Origin: Prorocentrum cordatum
Taxonomy: Eukaryota
DNA length: 64,000 bases
Reading direction: 5' to 3'
NCBI GenBank assembly: GCA_963575745.1
Contig: CAUYUJ010000292.1
Coordinates: 496,001-560,000 of the forward strand
The position numbers were made by a program, and so were the translations under genes. Below the pieces are notes generated by a model. That model was not told where the DNA came from and did no database searches. It saw only the letters and a list, made by a program, of their open reading frames with translations. This document shows positions 12,263 through 25,344 of this stretch, piece after piece. Position 1 is the stretch's first letter; every line of letters starts with the position of its first letter.

Positions 12263-12489
12263 AACGATGGGGATGTTTAGGCTGGTGGCCTTGGGCCAGA
12301 GACGCCCCTGGCAGCACTCGTTAGCCAGCGGCGAGCCCAAGGGGGGAGTGAAGGGGGGCGGGCCCTCTCAGAAGGCTCGGAAAGCCTCGGGCTTCCCCGA
12401 AAAGGCAGGAAGCTTCTCAAAGGCACGAAAGCTTCTGAGCAAAGGCCCGCCACCTCTGAGAAGGCCTTCTTCGGGGTAGATCACAATCC

Positions 12490-14260
12490 GCTATGCGTAG
12501 CCTGTGCACAGGCCTGTCATAGGCTTGCGCATAGCCTATGCATAAGCCTATGACGGACGAGGCGCACAGGCCCTGAGAAGGCCTATCGATAGGCCTATGA
12601 TGGGCCTGCCGATAAGCTATGCATAGCCCTGTCGTAGGCCTACCGACAGGCTGTGCATAGGCCTATGACAGGCCTATCGACAGGCTGTGCACAACCCACC
12701 ATCGACCTGTACATAGGCCGATGCACAGGTGTGCACAGGCCTCTACTCTGTCTGAGCACAGCGCGCGAGTATACTCGAACACGCGGCGAACAACCTATGC
12801 ACAGCCTATGCGCAGGCCTATCACAGGCCTGTGGACAGGCGGTGCATATGCCTAATGCGGAGCCTGTGTAAGGCCTGTAGAGGGTGCGACGTTCCCGTAT
12901 GTATAGCCTACGTGCAGGCCCGAACCCAAGGCCCGCGACAGGCCTATGCATAGTCTGTGCATAGGCCTGTGGTACACCAGCGCACAGGCTGCGCACTGAT
13001 CTGCAGGCTGTGAGCACTGGGACAGCGTGAACCAGATCTTCCAGGCAGCCCCAGGACAAGTCCAAGATGACATCCCATAACCTCTAGACATTCAAATGCG
13101 AGCCCAGAAGCGGAGGAAAGAAGGAAGAAAAGGATGACAGGCATCCCAGAGAGGGCTGGAAAGGTCACCCTTAGACGGGGCGGATTTTAGGGTGACCCTC
13201 TGGGAAGCGCGAGGGCCTTCCCAGAAGATCCCGAAAGGCCACCCTAAAACGGAGCAGATGTTAGAGTTGTTCCTTGGGAGGCCTATGGGCAGGCCTGTGG
13301 ACAGGCTGTGCACAGACCTGCTATGCACAGGCCTGTTGCGGGGTGTCGACAGCCTGTCCACAGGCCTGTGACAGGCCTGTGCACAGGCTATGCACAGGCC
13401 TGTCGCGGGGTGTCGCCCCTCGCCCAGGCCCACCACAGGCCTGTGTACAGCCTGTTCACAGGCCAGGCCTGGAACAGGCCAGTGCACAGGCTATGCACAG
13501 GCCTGTCGCGAGGTGTCGGCCCTCGCACAGGCCCACCATGGGCCAGTCCACAGGCCTGTCACAGGCCTGTCGACAGGCTGTGCACAGGCCTGTCGCGAGA
13601 CGTTGGCCCTCTCCCAGGCCCACCACAGGCCTGTGCACAGACTGTCCACAGACCTGTGGTAGGCCTGTGCACAGGCTTTGCACAGGCCTGTCGCGGGGTG
13701 TAGACCATCGCACAGGCCCACCACAGGCTTGTGCATAGCCTGTACACAGACCTGTGACAGCCCCGTGCACAGGCAATACACAGGCCTGTCCTGGAGTGTC
13801 GGCCCTCGCCCAGGCGCATCACAGGTCTATGCACAGCCTGTTCACAGGCCTGTCACAGGCCTACGCATAGGGTGCGCACAGACCTAAGCACAGGCCTATG
13901 CAGAGGCTGTGCACAGGCATGTGTTTCGTGAGCACACAGGCCTCGAGGCAGCCTATCAATTGTCCTATCGATAGGCCTATGGGCAGGCTGTGCATAGGCT
14001 TGTCGATAGGCCCATCGATAGGCCTATGGGCAGGCTGTGCATAGGCCTGACACAAGCCTGTGGACAGACTGTGCACAGGCCAATGTTAGCCCTGTGCACA
14101 GTCTGTGCATAGGCCCTACGACGGAGGTTCCCACAGGCCTGTATAGACCCTATGCACAGGCCTACGATAGGCCTGTGCACATCCTACGCGTAGGCCTGTG
14201 ACAGACCTATACATAGCCTGTGAACAGGCCCACAGGGGACCTATCATAGGCTATGCAGAG
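12490..14260. repeat. Palindrome-rich minisatellite (CACAGGCCTGTG / TGTGCACA units)
   Basis: Dozens of acaggcctgt and tgcaca motifs; interrupted by unrelated sequence at ~13020-13275. Confidence 0.9.
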
Positions 14261-14779
14261 GCGATCGTCAGGATTGTTGATTGCTTCGGGGACGCACCGA
14301 CCCGGGTCAATGTACATCCGGGCCAGCTGGGCTTTGCAAGATCGGGCAACATCCTGCAGGATCCTCAAGGATCCTGCACGCTGACCCTGGTCAATGCAAT
14401 CTCGGCCCTGCAGGATGCTGCAAGATCAGGCGCTCTGGCCGACCCCCGCTTGCATTGACCCCCGTCTCAAAACTCCCGACTGCTCCCGGGGAACTCACAA
14501 CCTCCTATTCCTCCTCCTCCTCCTCCCCCTCGTCCTCCTCCTCCTCCTCCTCCTCCTCCTCCCTCCTCCTCCTCCTCCTCCTTCCGATACCGGTTCGTGG
14601 GCGGCAAAGAGGGGGGCGTCCAAGAGGGTGGGGTGCAAATCATGGCCGGCGGCATGTGCGCGGCGCAGGGGGGGCCGGGGACGTAATGAAATGAGAAGAG
14701 GCGCCATGAAATCTGGGGAAAAATCATGGCCCACGCCATGATATCCACCCCCCCTAATCATCACCCCCCTCTTTGCCGC

Positions 14780-14920
14780 CCCCGACCGGTACTCCCCAGA
14801 CCTCTCCCGGGGTGCGTTCTGACCAGGATTCCGGGGCGAATCCAGCGGTGTCGACGACGAGGGCCCCCCCAGGAGGGCGAACAAATGGGAAAACGGGCGA
14901 AGGTGTGGCAGTATGGGTTC
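14780..14920 (+). repeat. Dispersed repeat family R2 (TTCTGACCAGGAT...GGCGAATCCAGCGGTG.CGACGAGGG...AAAAGGGAAAA)
   Basis: Copies at ~27630-27760 and ~28550-28690, partial at ~28310-28360. Confidence 0.75.
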
Positions 14921-15403
14921 TCCTGATCCCATAACAAAGTGGGAGGGGCCATATTTTTTGGGGGTCTGATTTGAGCTGCGCTGCGTTGGAGGTTTCGGGG
15001 GTGGGTGGGTGGGGGGTGGGGGCAAAAGGCCGCTGTTGCATAGCTGGTCTGGGGAGGGGGGTCGACATGGCTCGTCTGGAAGGCTCGTGACCTCTACCAC
15101 TTCCATGTGAATTCCATACCTTTTCCTCCTCCGAGCTCCTTCTTAACAGGGGATCTTTGACCCCCACCTATCTCAAGCTTCGGGAAGCTTTCGAGTGGAC
15201 CTACATTTTTTTGGCCCCTTGGGGTGTATCCCAGGGTTCCCTCCCCCCCTACTCTCAGCAGACAAACGTCTCGGGCGGAACTCGGGACTCAAGGGAAACA
15301 AACATCGCCCGCGACTTCTCTCGCCTCCCCATGTGTGTGGAAGATGTTGATCGAACAAGAAACAACCCGGGAATTATCATCTCCCCTCCTTTCCTACTTC
15401 TCC

Positions 15404-16232
15404 ACCTCCTCCTCCTCCTCCTCCTCGTCCTTCTCGTCCTTCTCCTCCTCCTCCTCCTCCTCCTCCTCCTCCTCACTCCTCACTCCTCACTCCTCACTCC
15501 TCCTCCTCCTCCTCCTCCTCCTCCTCCTCCTCCTCCTTCTCCTGTTCCTAGTGCTCCTCCTCCTCCTCCTCCTCATCCTCCTCCCCCTCCTCGTCCTCCT
15601 CCTCCTCCTCCCTCCTCCTCCTCGTCCTCCTCGTCCATCCTCGTCCTCGTCCTCCTCGTCCTCCGTCCTCCTCGTCCTCTTCCTCCTCCTCCTCCTCCTC
15701 CCCTCCTCCTCCTCCTCTCCTCCTCCCTCCTCCTCCTCCTCCTCCTCCTCCCCCTTCCCTCCTCCACCCCGGGCGCGTCGCCGAAGCAGGAAGAGGAGGG
15801 CGGGAGCCCGCTTTTTGTTTCAGACCCCGGCAGGTTCACTTGCATGTGGACGGGGGGCGGGGTGCACGGTTTCCCCCCGGGCCGCAGGCGACCCGAGGAG
15901 GGGGAGGAGGACGAGGAGGAGGAGGCGGAGGAGGAGGAGGAGAGAGAGGAGAGAAGGAGAGGAGGAGGAGAAGGGGAGGAGGAGGAGGAGGAGGAGGAGG
16001 AGGAGGACGACGACGAGTCGCCTGAGGCCTTCGGAGAAACCGTCCAGGGCAAGGGCGGCCTGAGCCTGAAGCACGCCGCAGAGGACCTGCGCGTGCGGGA
16101 ACCACGCAAGTCGAAAGGCAACCTGCACGCCATCATTCGCCAGACGAGGGGCGGGGAGGGTGGGTGGGTGGGTGGGGGGGCGAATGCCATGCAAGCAAAC
16201 TTGGCTGGTGTTGCTTGTTGCTCGAATGATCA

Positions 16233-16264
<32 letters not shown>

Positions 16265-17087
16265 GTATATACACATGTGTGTGTGGTGTGTATGTGTGTG
16301 GTGTGTGTTTGTTGTTTCCTGTTAAACAACCGCCCTGGACATCTCACCTCCCCTTCTCCTTCCCCCCCCCTCCTCCTCCTCCTCCTCCTCCTCCTCCTCC
16401 TCCTCCTCCTCCTCCTCCTCCTCCTCCTCCTCCTCCTCCTCCTCCTCCTCCGCCTTCCTCCTCCGCCGCCTCCTCCTCCTCCTCCTCCTCCTCCCTTCCT
16501 CCTCCTCCTCCATCCTCCTCCACCTTACTCTTCCTCCTCCTCCTCTCCTCCTCTCCTCCTCCTCCTCCTCCTCCCTCCCTCCTCCTCCCCCTCCTCCTCC
16601 TCCTCCTCCTCCTCCTCCTCCTCCTCCTCCTGCTCCTGCTCCTCCTCCTCCTCCTCCTCCTCCTCCTCCTCCTCCTCCCATCCTCATTCGCCTTCCCCCC
16701 TGCTTCCTCCTCCTCCTCCTCCTCCTCCTCCTCCCGCCTCCTCCTCCTCCTGCTCCTCATCCTTCGCCTCCGCCTTCTCCTCCTCCTCCTCCTCCTCCTC
16801 CTCCTCCTCCTCCTCCTCCTCCTCCTCCTCCTCCCCTCCTCCCCTCCTCCTCCTCCTCCTCCTCCTCCATTTCCTCCTCCATTTCCTCCTCCATTTCCTC
16901 CTCCATTTCCTCCTCCATGTCCTCCTCCTCCTCCTCCTCCTCTTCCTCCTCCTCCTGCTCCCTCCTCTCTCCTTTTCCTCCTCCACCTCCTCCTCCTCCT
17001 CCTCCTCCTCCGCCGCCTTCCTCATCCTCCTCCCTCCTCCTCCTCCTCATCCTGCTCCTCCTCCTCCTTCTCCTTCCTCCTCCTCCT
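15404..17087. repeat. Large (CCT)n/(GGA)n low-complexity block with an embedded family-H MITE (15828-16208) and (CA)/(TA)/(GT) repeats
   Basis: Directly visible; explains the 694-aa and 450-aa pseudo-ORFs. Confidence 0.9.
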
Positions 17088-17163
17088 CACTCACTCACTC
17101 ACTCACTCACTCACTCACTCACTCACTCACTCACTCACTCACTCACTCACTCACTCACTCACC
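17087..17163. repeat. (TCAC)n / (GTGA)n microsatellite
   Basis: About 19 perfect units. Confidence 0.95.
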
Positions 17164-18901
17164 CCATGGCGCACGCCGCGGTGTCCAGCACCTCCACAAG
17201 CGCGGCCGCGCCGCCGCGTCGCGCGACGCCGCGCCCGCTGAACCGCAACAGGGCGGGGCACCAAGGGACCCCGCAGGAAAGGGGACAGGGCTCCAAGGCC
17301 CTGGAGTAAGGGAAGGCGGGGACCCAAGGCCCAAGACACCCACCAGCAAAGCGAGCCCAAGAGGGGCCGAGGCAGGGCCCACCGCCAGAGGAAGGGAGGG
17401 ACGCCTCAGAGGGCGTGGGGAAAGAGAGGCGGGGGGCCCAAGGGCCCACGAGGACGAGGGGGGGTGGAGGGGCCGCAAGGGCCAGGGAAAGGGAAAGTGG
17501 CGCAAGGCCTGAATCTACGCTCCATGCCGCTGCCACGTCGCGCCACCGCCCGGATAGCCAGCCGCCGTCCAGCCGCCAGGCGATCTCTCCTCCTCCTCCT
17601 CCTCCTCCTCCTCCTCCTCCTCCTCCTCCTCATCCTCCTCTTCCTCTTCCTCTTCCTCTTCCTCCTCCTCCTCTCCCCCACCCCGGGCGCGCCGCCGAGG
17701 CAGGAAGGGGAGGAGGGCGCGGGGCGGCAAGGCGCACGGCCCCGCGCGCTCACGCCGCGCGCTCACGCCGGCGAGGGGCCCGCCTCTGCCTCCGGGGCCT
17801 CCGGGGGCTCGCACAGCCGGAGCTTCAGCAGCTGCTCCAGGCTCCTCTGTTCCGAAGGAGGAGGAGGAGGAGGAGGAGGAGGAGGAGGAGGAGGGAGGAG
17901 GAGAAGGAGGGGAGGAGGAGTGGGGTGGAGAGGAGGAGAGGAGGAGGAGGAGGAGGAGGAGGAGGAGGAGGAGGAGGAGGAGGAGGAGGGAGGAGGAGGA
18001 CGAGGAGGAGGAGGAGGAGGAGGAAGAGGAGGAGGAGGAGGAGGAGGAGGAGGCCTCTAAGGTTGCCAGCGATGCGTGGCACCGGGGCCTCTGGGGGCTC
18101 GCGCAGCCGGAGCTTCAGCAGCTGCTCCAGGCTCCTCTGCTGCGTTGCATCTTCGGGGGGGCTCGTCCCCAGACCACCTAGGGGTCATGAAAGCATCACG
18201 ACGCAAGGATTTTCCAAAGTTTAGGCCTCTGGGGGCCCTCGCTTGGCCCCGGACCGTCAAAAAAAACACTCAGGACCCAGACCCCCGACGTCATGATTTT
18301 TTTACTGCGTCGACCCTGGAGGTCTCGACCCATTCCCCTGGACCAGCTTTCATCCTGAGTCGTTTTTTGACGGTCCGGAGGGCCGGACAGGGCCTCCAGA
18401 GGCCGAACACAACCAAAAAACCTTTCGCCATGATTTCTGCGTTGCCCGAGGGGGTCCTGGGGACGAAAGAAGGCGGCCCCGGGGAACGGGCCCAGACCTC
18501 TTGAGGTCGACGCCAAGAACGAATCCTGGCCTCGGGGGTCTGGGTCCGGCCCCTCTCGCCCGCCGCCGATTTGGACGCCCGAAATGGGTACGGAAAGAAT
18601 GGGCACAATGCCCAACAACAAATGTTGTCCCAAACCAACAGCGGCCGCTGTTGGGCAGGCGGCCTTCTGTCGTGAATGGACACAAGCCGCGGCGGCGTGG
18701 ACAACGAGTCCTGTTCAAGATGAACCAGATCCGCTGTTGGGCATTGTACCCACTCTTTCCGTGCCCACTTCGTTCGTGCAGAGCCGAGGGAGGCGATCCG
18801 CGCGATGCGCGGCGCTCGCTCGAGCCCGGAGCCCCGCCCCGGGCGGTCGGGGCCCTCGCCCTCCTCTCGGCGGCCCTCGCCGCGCCGCCCCCTCGGCTGC
18901 A

Positions 18902-19084
18902 GTTGGGCCTGTCCCCCTACAGGGGGATCTTGGCTGTGCCCCCACAAGGGGGTCTTGGGCGACAAAAGAAAAAAGTACTCGGAAGATGCTGCAAAAGTGT
19001 CAAAGAATACAACAAAATAGTCCCCAGACTATGTTTAAACCTATTTTGGAGTATTCCTCCTGTAGAGGAACAGGCCCGACTCAT
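18902..19084. mobile_element. MITE family F (TIR ~TAGGTCGGGCCTGTCCCCTACA)
   Basis: Inverted ends with an AT-rich core. Copies at 30775-30932, ~38373-38520, 40117-40267. Confidence 0.75.
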
Positions 19085-19413
19085 AAGCCCTCGCCATCGC
19101 TCGGACGTCCATTCCCCGTTTTTTTTCGGTTTCGTGCGTGGCTTTTTCGCCAAATGATCAAGGATGCTCCTCGATGGTCCTCGCCGAAGGAAACATGCAC
19201 ACGTCCGAGCGATGCCAGGAGCCTCGGCCCCTCTCCCAGGGCCCCCTCGGGCACTGCAGAGATCACGGCGGGAGGTCTCTTGCACGGTCTTCGGCCTCGG
19301 GGGGCCCTCGCTGGGGCCTCGGGAGCGTCCAGCCAGAAACGACTCGGGACGAAGAGCCGGTCCAGGGGAAGATCTCGAGACCTCCAGGGGTCGACGGAGT
19401 GCACTCATAATTA

Positions 19414-19579
19414 CTGAAGGGGCCCTGGGACACACAAATAAATGCACACAAATAAAAGGATTCCCTATATTTTCCCATATTTTCTGGGTTTTTGTCTCCC
19501 CCCCCACACTTCCCATATTTTCTCATAATTTTCTTGGGAATCGACGATTAATTGTGTCTGTGTGTTTTTCCCCCTCCTG
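19414..19579. mobile_element. MITE-like family I with putative 5-bp TSD AATTA
   Basis: AATTA at 19409-19413 and 19580-19584; imperfect inverted ends ctgaagggg / cccctcctg. Confidence 0.65.
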
Positions 19580-20628
19580 AATTACATCGGGGGTCTGGGC
19601 TGGTGGTGCGGGCACGGGGAGGGAAGGCGCGAGGGAGGGCGGCTCGCTGCTGTGTTGCAGCTTCGGGGGGGGGGGGGGCTCGTCTGCCTCGTCGCGTCCA
19701 GATCCGTGTCGGATCCGTGTCGGATCCATGTCGGGCTCGCCGAGTACGCGTCGACTCCGTTTCGAATCCGCGTCGAATCCAAGCCAAATCCGCCACGTCG
19801 GATCCGCCTCGGGCGCAAGAAAATACCCCGATGCTGGGGGCACGCGATGTCCCCCGAAGAGCAACGTAACCTTTGGCGGCGCGCACTGCCCAGAGATCCG
19901 ACGTTCCGAACAAACAGTATATAAGCGCGCTCCACTGCTCGCACTCTTCCTAGTCATATGTTTTTATTGCCCGGACCCCCCCCAAAAAAACACCACCCCC
20001 AAACCAGACCCCCCTCCAAGGATGCCCCGGACATCCTTTCGGACGTCTCGGCGGCCCCCGGGACGCCCTTGGAAAGGGCCGCTGGCCCTTCCGAGCCTCC
20101 CAGGGCGCCTTGACGGGCCGTGCGAGCAGATTCGAAGCGATCAGAGGGGTCATCGGAGAGGAGCAAAGAGAGACCCAAGGCAGCACAAGAGCGCTCCAAG
20201 AGGAACCTCGATGGTCCGAAGACGGCCCACGACGCCCCCAAGACAGCAAATGCGCTGTTTTGGTCTTCGCAGCGTCCAAGACGGCCCGATGAGCCCCCGA
20301 TATCGCCCCAAGACGGCCCAAGAGGCCCCCCAGAGGGCTTGAAGACGGCCCCAAGTCTGCCCCAGAGAGACCCGAGACTGCCCACAAGAAGCTTGAGATG
20401 CCCCCAGAAGGCTCCCAAGAGAGGCGCACGAAAGCCATGGGAGACCCCCAAGAAGGCCACTGGAGGCACCCAAGAGGGCCCTAAATAGTTTCAGAAGACA
20501 CCTGGAGAGCCCTAGTTCCCAAAGACGGCCCAAGAAGTCCCCTGGACGGCCCAGGAGGGCCCCAGGACGGCCCAAAAGAGCCACAAAAACGCCCAGACGG
20601 CGTTGTCCGTACGCTCGTTGTCTCTCTC

Positions 20629-20699
<71 letters not shown>

Positions 20700-21179
20700 T
20701 CCCCCCTGTGACTTTTCGTCGACCTCCACGTTCGTGGCATCCGATGGCCATCCTCATTCGCCCGCTCCTTCCTCTGGGCCTTCTCCCCGTTTCTCCCCCC
20801 CTCCCCGCCCCTTCCGCCTCTTCAGTCCCCCCTTCATCCCTGCTCCCTTCCCGTTCCCCGTTCATGGACAGGTGCCATCGCAACAGTTTGATGCTTCGTC
20901 GTTTGCCAGCACCTTCGCGCGTGACAACAAAACAACATAGTTCCTTCCCCACTCCTGCGCACATGCGTGCAAGCGCATCGGGCCAGCGCGGTCTCAGCAA
21001 GCACCAGAGATATCAGAGCCGATCGCCCGTCCAGGCCTCGAGGAGCCCCCTGCTGAAACAAGCGATGATTTATTGTCTTGCCGGGGTAGCGCCCAGAACA
21101 AGGCGCATGGCGCGAAGCGCCAATGCAGTATTGTGTATATATATACATACATATACATATATATATACACACATACACG

Positions 21180-21216
<37 letters not shown>

Positions 21217-21924
21217 CATTGCTCGCAGATATGGCCTGAATCCGCCGCGGGGGATTTGCGAGGCTTGAAACTGAGGAAAGCCTGTGTTTGTGTGAGGACA
21301 TTTGCGGATAGGCGGTTTGCGAATAGAGGAACGCGCTCGGTTAACATTGGAGCAAGCGGTTTTCGGCCGTGTTCGGCCTCCGGGGTCCCTCGCCTGGCCG
21401 CGGGAGCGTCAACAAAACAATTCAGGACGAAAAACCGGCCATATTGGGAAGTGGCCCTATTGGGAAGTGCATCGACAGAAATTGAAGCAGCCAGATAGGG
21501 TCGGAGTAGATGGGGTCGGAGAGTCACGCCGCATCGGCGATACATCGGCGATGCATCGGCGACGCCCGCGTGAAGAAAATCAGGCTCCGCGTCAAGCCGC
21601 ACCGGCGATGCATCGGCGATGCGGCGCGATCCTCCGACCCTTCTGTTGCGACCCTATCTAGGAGGCCTAAATCCTCCTCCTCCTCCTCCTCCTCCTCTTC
21701 CTCCTCCTCCTCCTCCTCTTCCTCCTCCTCCTTTTCGTCTTAGATAGCTCTTTCGGGCTATTTTTCGTTCCCGTCGAGTTGCGTATGCTCGTCCTTTCTT
21801 CCACACCATCATGTGGTGTTGGGTCCTCGTTTTGAAAAGACGGTCCCCGCGTTCCTTTCCTCTTCTCCTCTTCTCCTCCTCCTCCCCCTCCTCCCCTCCC
21901 TCGTCCTTCTTCCATGCGTTTCGC

Positions 21925-22192
21925 CCACCCAGCACAGCGCTTCGTGGCCCCATAGGGAGCTCCACCGAACAACCCAGTGGGACCGCCCGCATGCGTCCCC
22001 CACGCCCAATTTGGCATTTTCACCCACTCACTACAGCGTTCCGTGGCCTCATAGGGAGCTCCACCGAAGCCCCCAGTGGGACCGCCCGCATGCGTCCCCA
22101 CACCCAATTTGGCATTTCCACCCACCCATCACAGCGCTTCGTGGCCCCATAGGGAGCTCCACCGAAACCCCCAGCGGGACCGCCCGCATGCG
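21925..22192. repeat. ~102-nt satellite, left block
   Basis: Unit cagcgcttcgtggccccatagggagctccaccgaagcccccagtgggaccgcccgcatgcgtccccacacccaatttggcattttcacccaccc; ~2.6 copies. Confidence 0.9.
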
Positions 22193-22544
22193 CTCTCCCC
22201 CCCCCATCCCCCCCCTCCCCCCCCCTTCACAATTACACAATATGAAAATACTCTCCCACTTCCCCTGATGGCGTCCGGAAGATATTCGGCACCCCCCCGC
22301 GTACTGTTTTTTTACACACAGGATTCCCCGGAGTTGGGTTTTCGCTTGTGTTTGTTTCAAAAATGCTGCTCTCGCTGAGGCGCCGGCCTCATTTCTGCTC
22401 CCGAATCGTTCCGAATCGTGCTCCCGCTGCAGCGTGGGCCTCATTTTCGGATCGGTGTTTGGCCTCCGTCGTTCAGGATGGCGTTCTCGCCCCAGCGCGG
22501 GCCTCTTTCTCGCGCGCCCATCCGCCCGCCACCACCGCGCCGCA

Positions 22545-22802
22545 CCAGCACCACCACCACCACCAGCACCAGCACCAGCACCAGCACCAGCACCAGCACC
22601 AGCACCAGCACCAGCACCAGCACCAGCACCAGCACCAGCACCAGCACCAGCACCAGCACCAGCACCAGCACCAGCACCAGCACCAGCACCAGCACCAGCA
22701 CCAGCACCAGCACCAGCACCAGCACCAGCACCAGCACCAGCACCAGCACCAGCACCAGCACCAGCACCAGCACCAGCACCAGCACCAGCACCACCACCAC
22801 CA
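22545..22802. repeat. (ACCAGC)n hexanucleotide microsatellite
   Basis: About 40 near-perfect units. Confidence 0.95.
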
Positions 22803-22966
22803 CGCACACACGCACGCACGCACGCACGCGCACCACCACCCACTACGCACGCGCGCGCGGAGCCACAGGTCCGCTACGACACGCGTCCGCGGATAGAGAA
22901 AATCAGCGCCATGGTAAGGGATGGGAGGGAGGGGTAGGACGTCAGATATGACGCGAGCGCACCTAG

Positions 22967-23740
<774 letters not shown>

Positions 23741-23749
23741 TACTTGCTG

Positions 23750-25220
23750 GCATTTTCACTAATCCAGTACAGCGCTTCGTGGCCCCATAGGAAGCTCCAC
23801 CGAAGCCCTCAGTGGGACCGCCCGCATGCGTCCCCCACGCCCAATTTGGCATGTTAACTAATCTGTTACAGCGCTTCGAGGCCCCACAAGGAGCTTCACC
23901 GAAGCCTCCAGTGGAACCGCCCGCATGCGTCCCCCACACCCCATTTTACATTTTCACTCACCCAGTGCACCGCTTCGTGGCCCCATAGGGAGCTCCACCG
24001 AAGCCCCCCGTGGGACCGCCCGCATGCGTCCCCCACGCCCAAGTTGGCAGTTTCACTAACCCAGTACAGCGCTTCGTGACCCCATAGCTCCACCGAAGCC
24101 CCCAGTGGTACCGCCCACATGCGTCCCCCACATCGAATTGGGCATTTACACCTAACCACTACAGCGCTTCGTGGCCCAATGGGGAGCCCCACCAAAGCCC
24201 CCAGTGGGACCGCCCGCATGCGTCCCCCACACCGAATTTGGCATTTTCACCCACCCACTACAGCGTCTCGTGGCCCCATAGGGAGCTGCACCGAAGCCCC
24301 CCGTGGGACCGCCCGCATGCGGCCCCCACGCCCAATTTGGAAATTTCACTAACCCTGTACAGCGCTTCGTGACCCCATAGCTCCACCGAAGCCGCCAGCG
24401 GTACCGCCCACATGCGTCCCCGACATCGCATTGGGCATTTTCACCCACCCACTACAGCGCTTCGTGGCCCAATGGGGAGCCCCACCAAAGCCCACAGTGG
24501 GACCGCCCGCATGCGTCCCCCACACCCAAGTTGGCATTGCCACCCACCCAGTACAGCGCTTCGTGGCACCATACGGAACCCCACCGAAACCCCCAATGGG
24601 ACCGTCCGCATGCGCCCCCCACACCCGACTTGGCATTGCCACCCACCCAGTACAGCGCTCCGTGGCCCCATAGGGAGCTCCACCGAAGCCCCCAATGGGA
24701 CCGCCCCACATGCGTCCACCATGCCCAAGTTGGCAGTTTCGCTCGCCCAGTACAGCGCTTCGTGGCCCCATAAGGAGCTCCACCGAACCCCCCAGTGGGA
24801 CCGCCCGCGTGCGTCCCCCACAGGGAGCTCCACCGAAGCATCCAGTGGAACCGCCCGCATGCGTCCCCCACACCCAATTTGGCATTCCCACCGGCCCAAT
24901 ACAGCGCTCCGTGGTCCCATAGGGAGCCCCACGGAAGCCCCCAGTGGGACCGCCCGCATGCATGCGCCCCCCACACCGAATCTGGCATTTCCACATACTC
25001 TTTACAACGCTTCGCGGCCCCATGGGGAGCCCCACCGAAGCCCCCAGTGGGACCGCCCGCATGCGCCCCACACGCCAAATTTGGTAGTTTCACCCACCCA
25101 GTGCTGCGCTTCGTGGCCTCATGGGGAGTTTCACCGACGGCCCCAGTGCTACCGCCCGCATGCGTTCCCCCCCAGCCCAGCGCAGCGCTTCGTGGCCCCA
25201 TAGGGAACGTCACCGAAGGA
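23750..25220. repeat. ~102-nt satellite, right block (~14 units)
   Basis: Tandem diverged copies of the same unit as 21925-22192. Confidence 0.92.
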
Positions 25221-25344
25221 GACATGCACAATTGCGGTACCCACAGCTTCATATGGTTGGGTCCTTCGCCAGGACAAGGTTCCTGCTCGTTCTCTGTCTC
25301 TGCTGCTGCTCTGCGCGCTCGTTTCGGTCTGGTGGTGCGTCCCC

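Noticed and set aside
15157..17512. 694-aa and 450-aa ORFs
   Set aside because: They are stop-free only because of (CCT)n, (GGA)n and (TCAC)n; no domain content.
23750..25220. CRISPR-like regular array
   Set aside because: The whole ~102-nt unit repeats, there are no unique spacers, no cas genes, and the context is eukaryotic.
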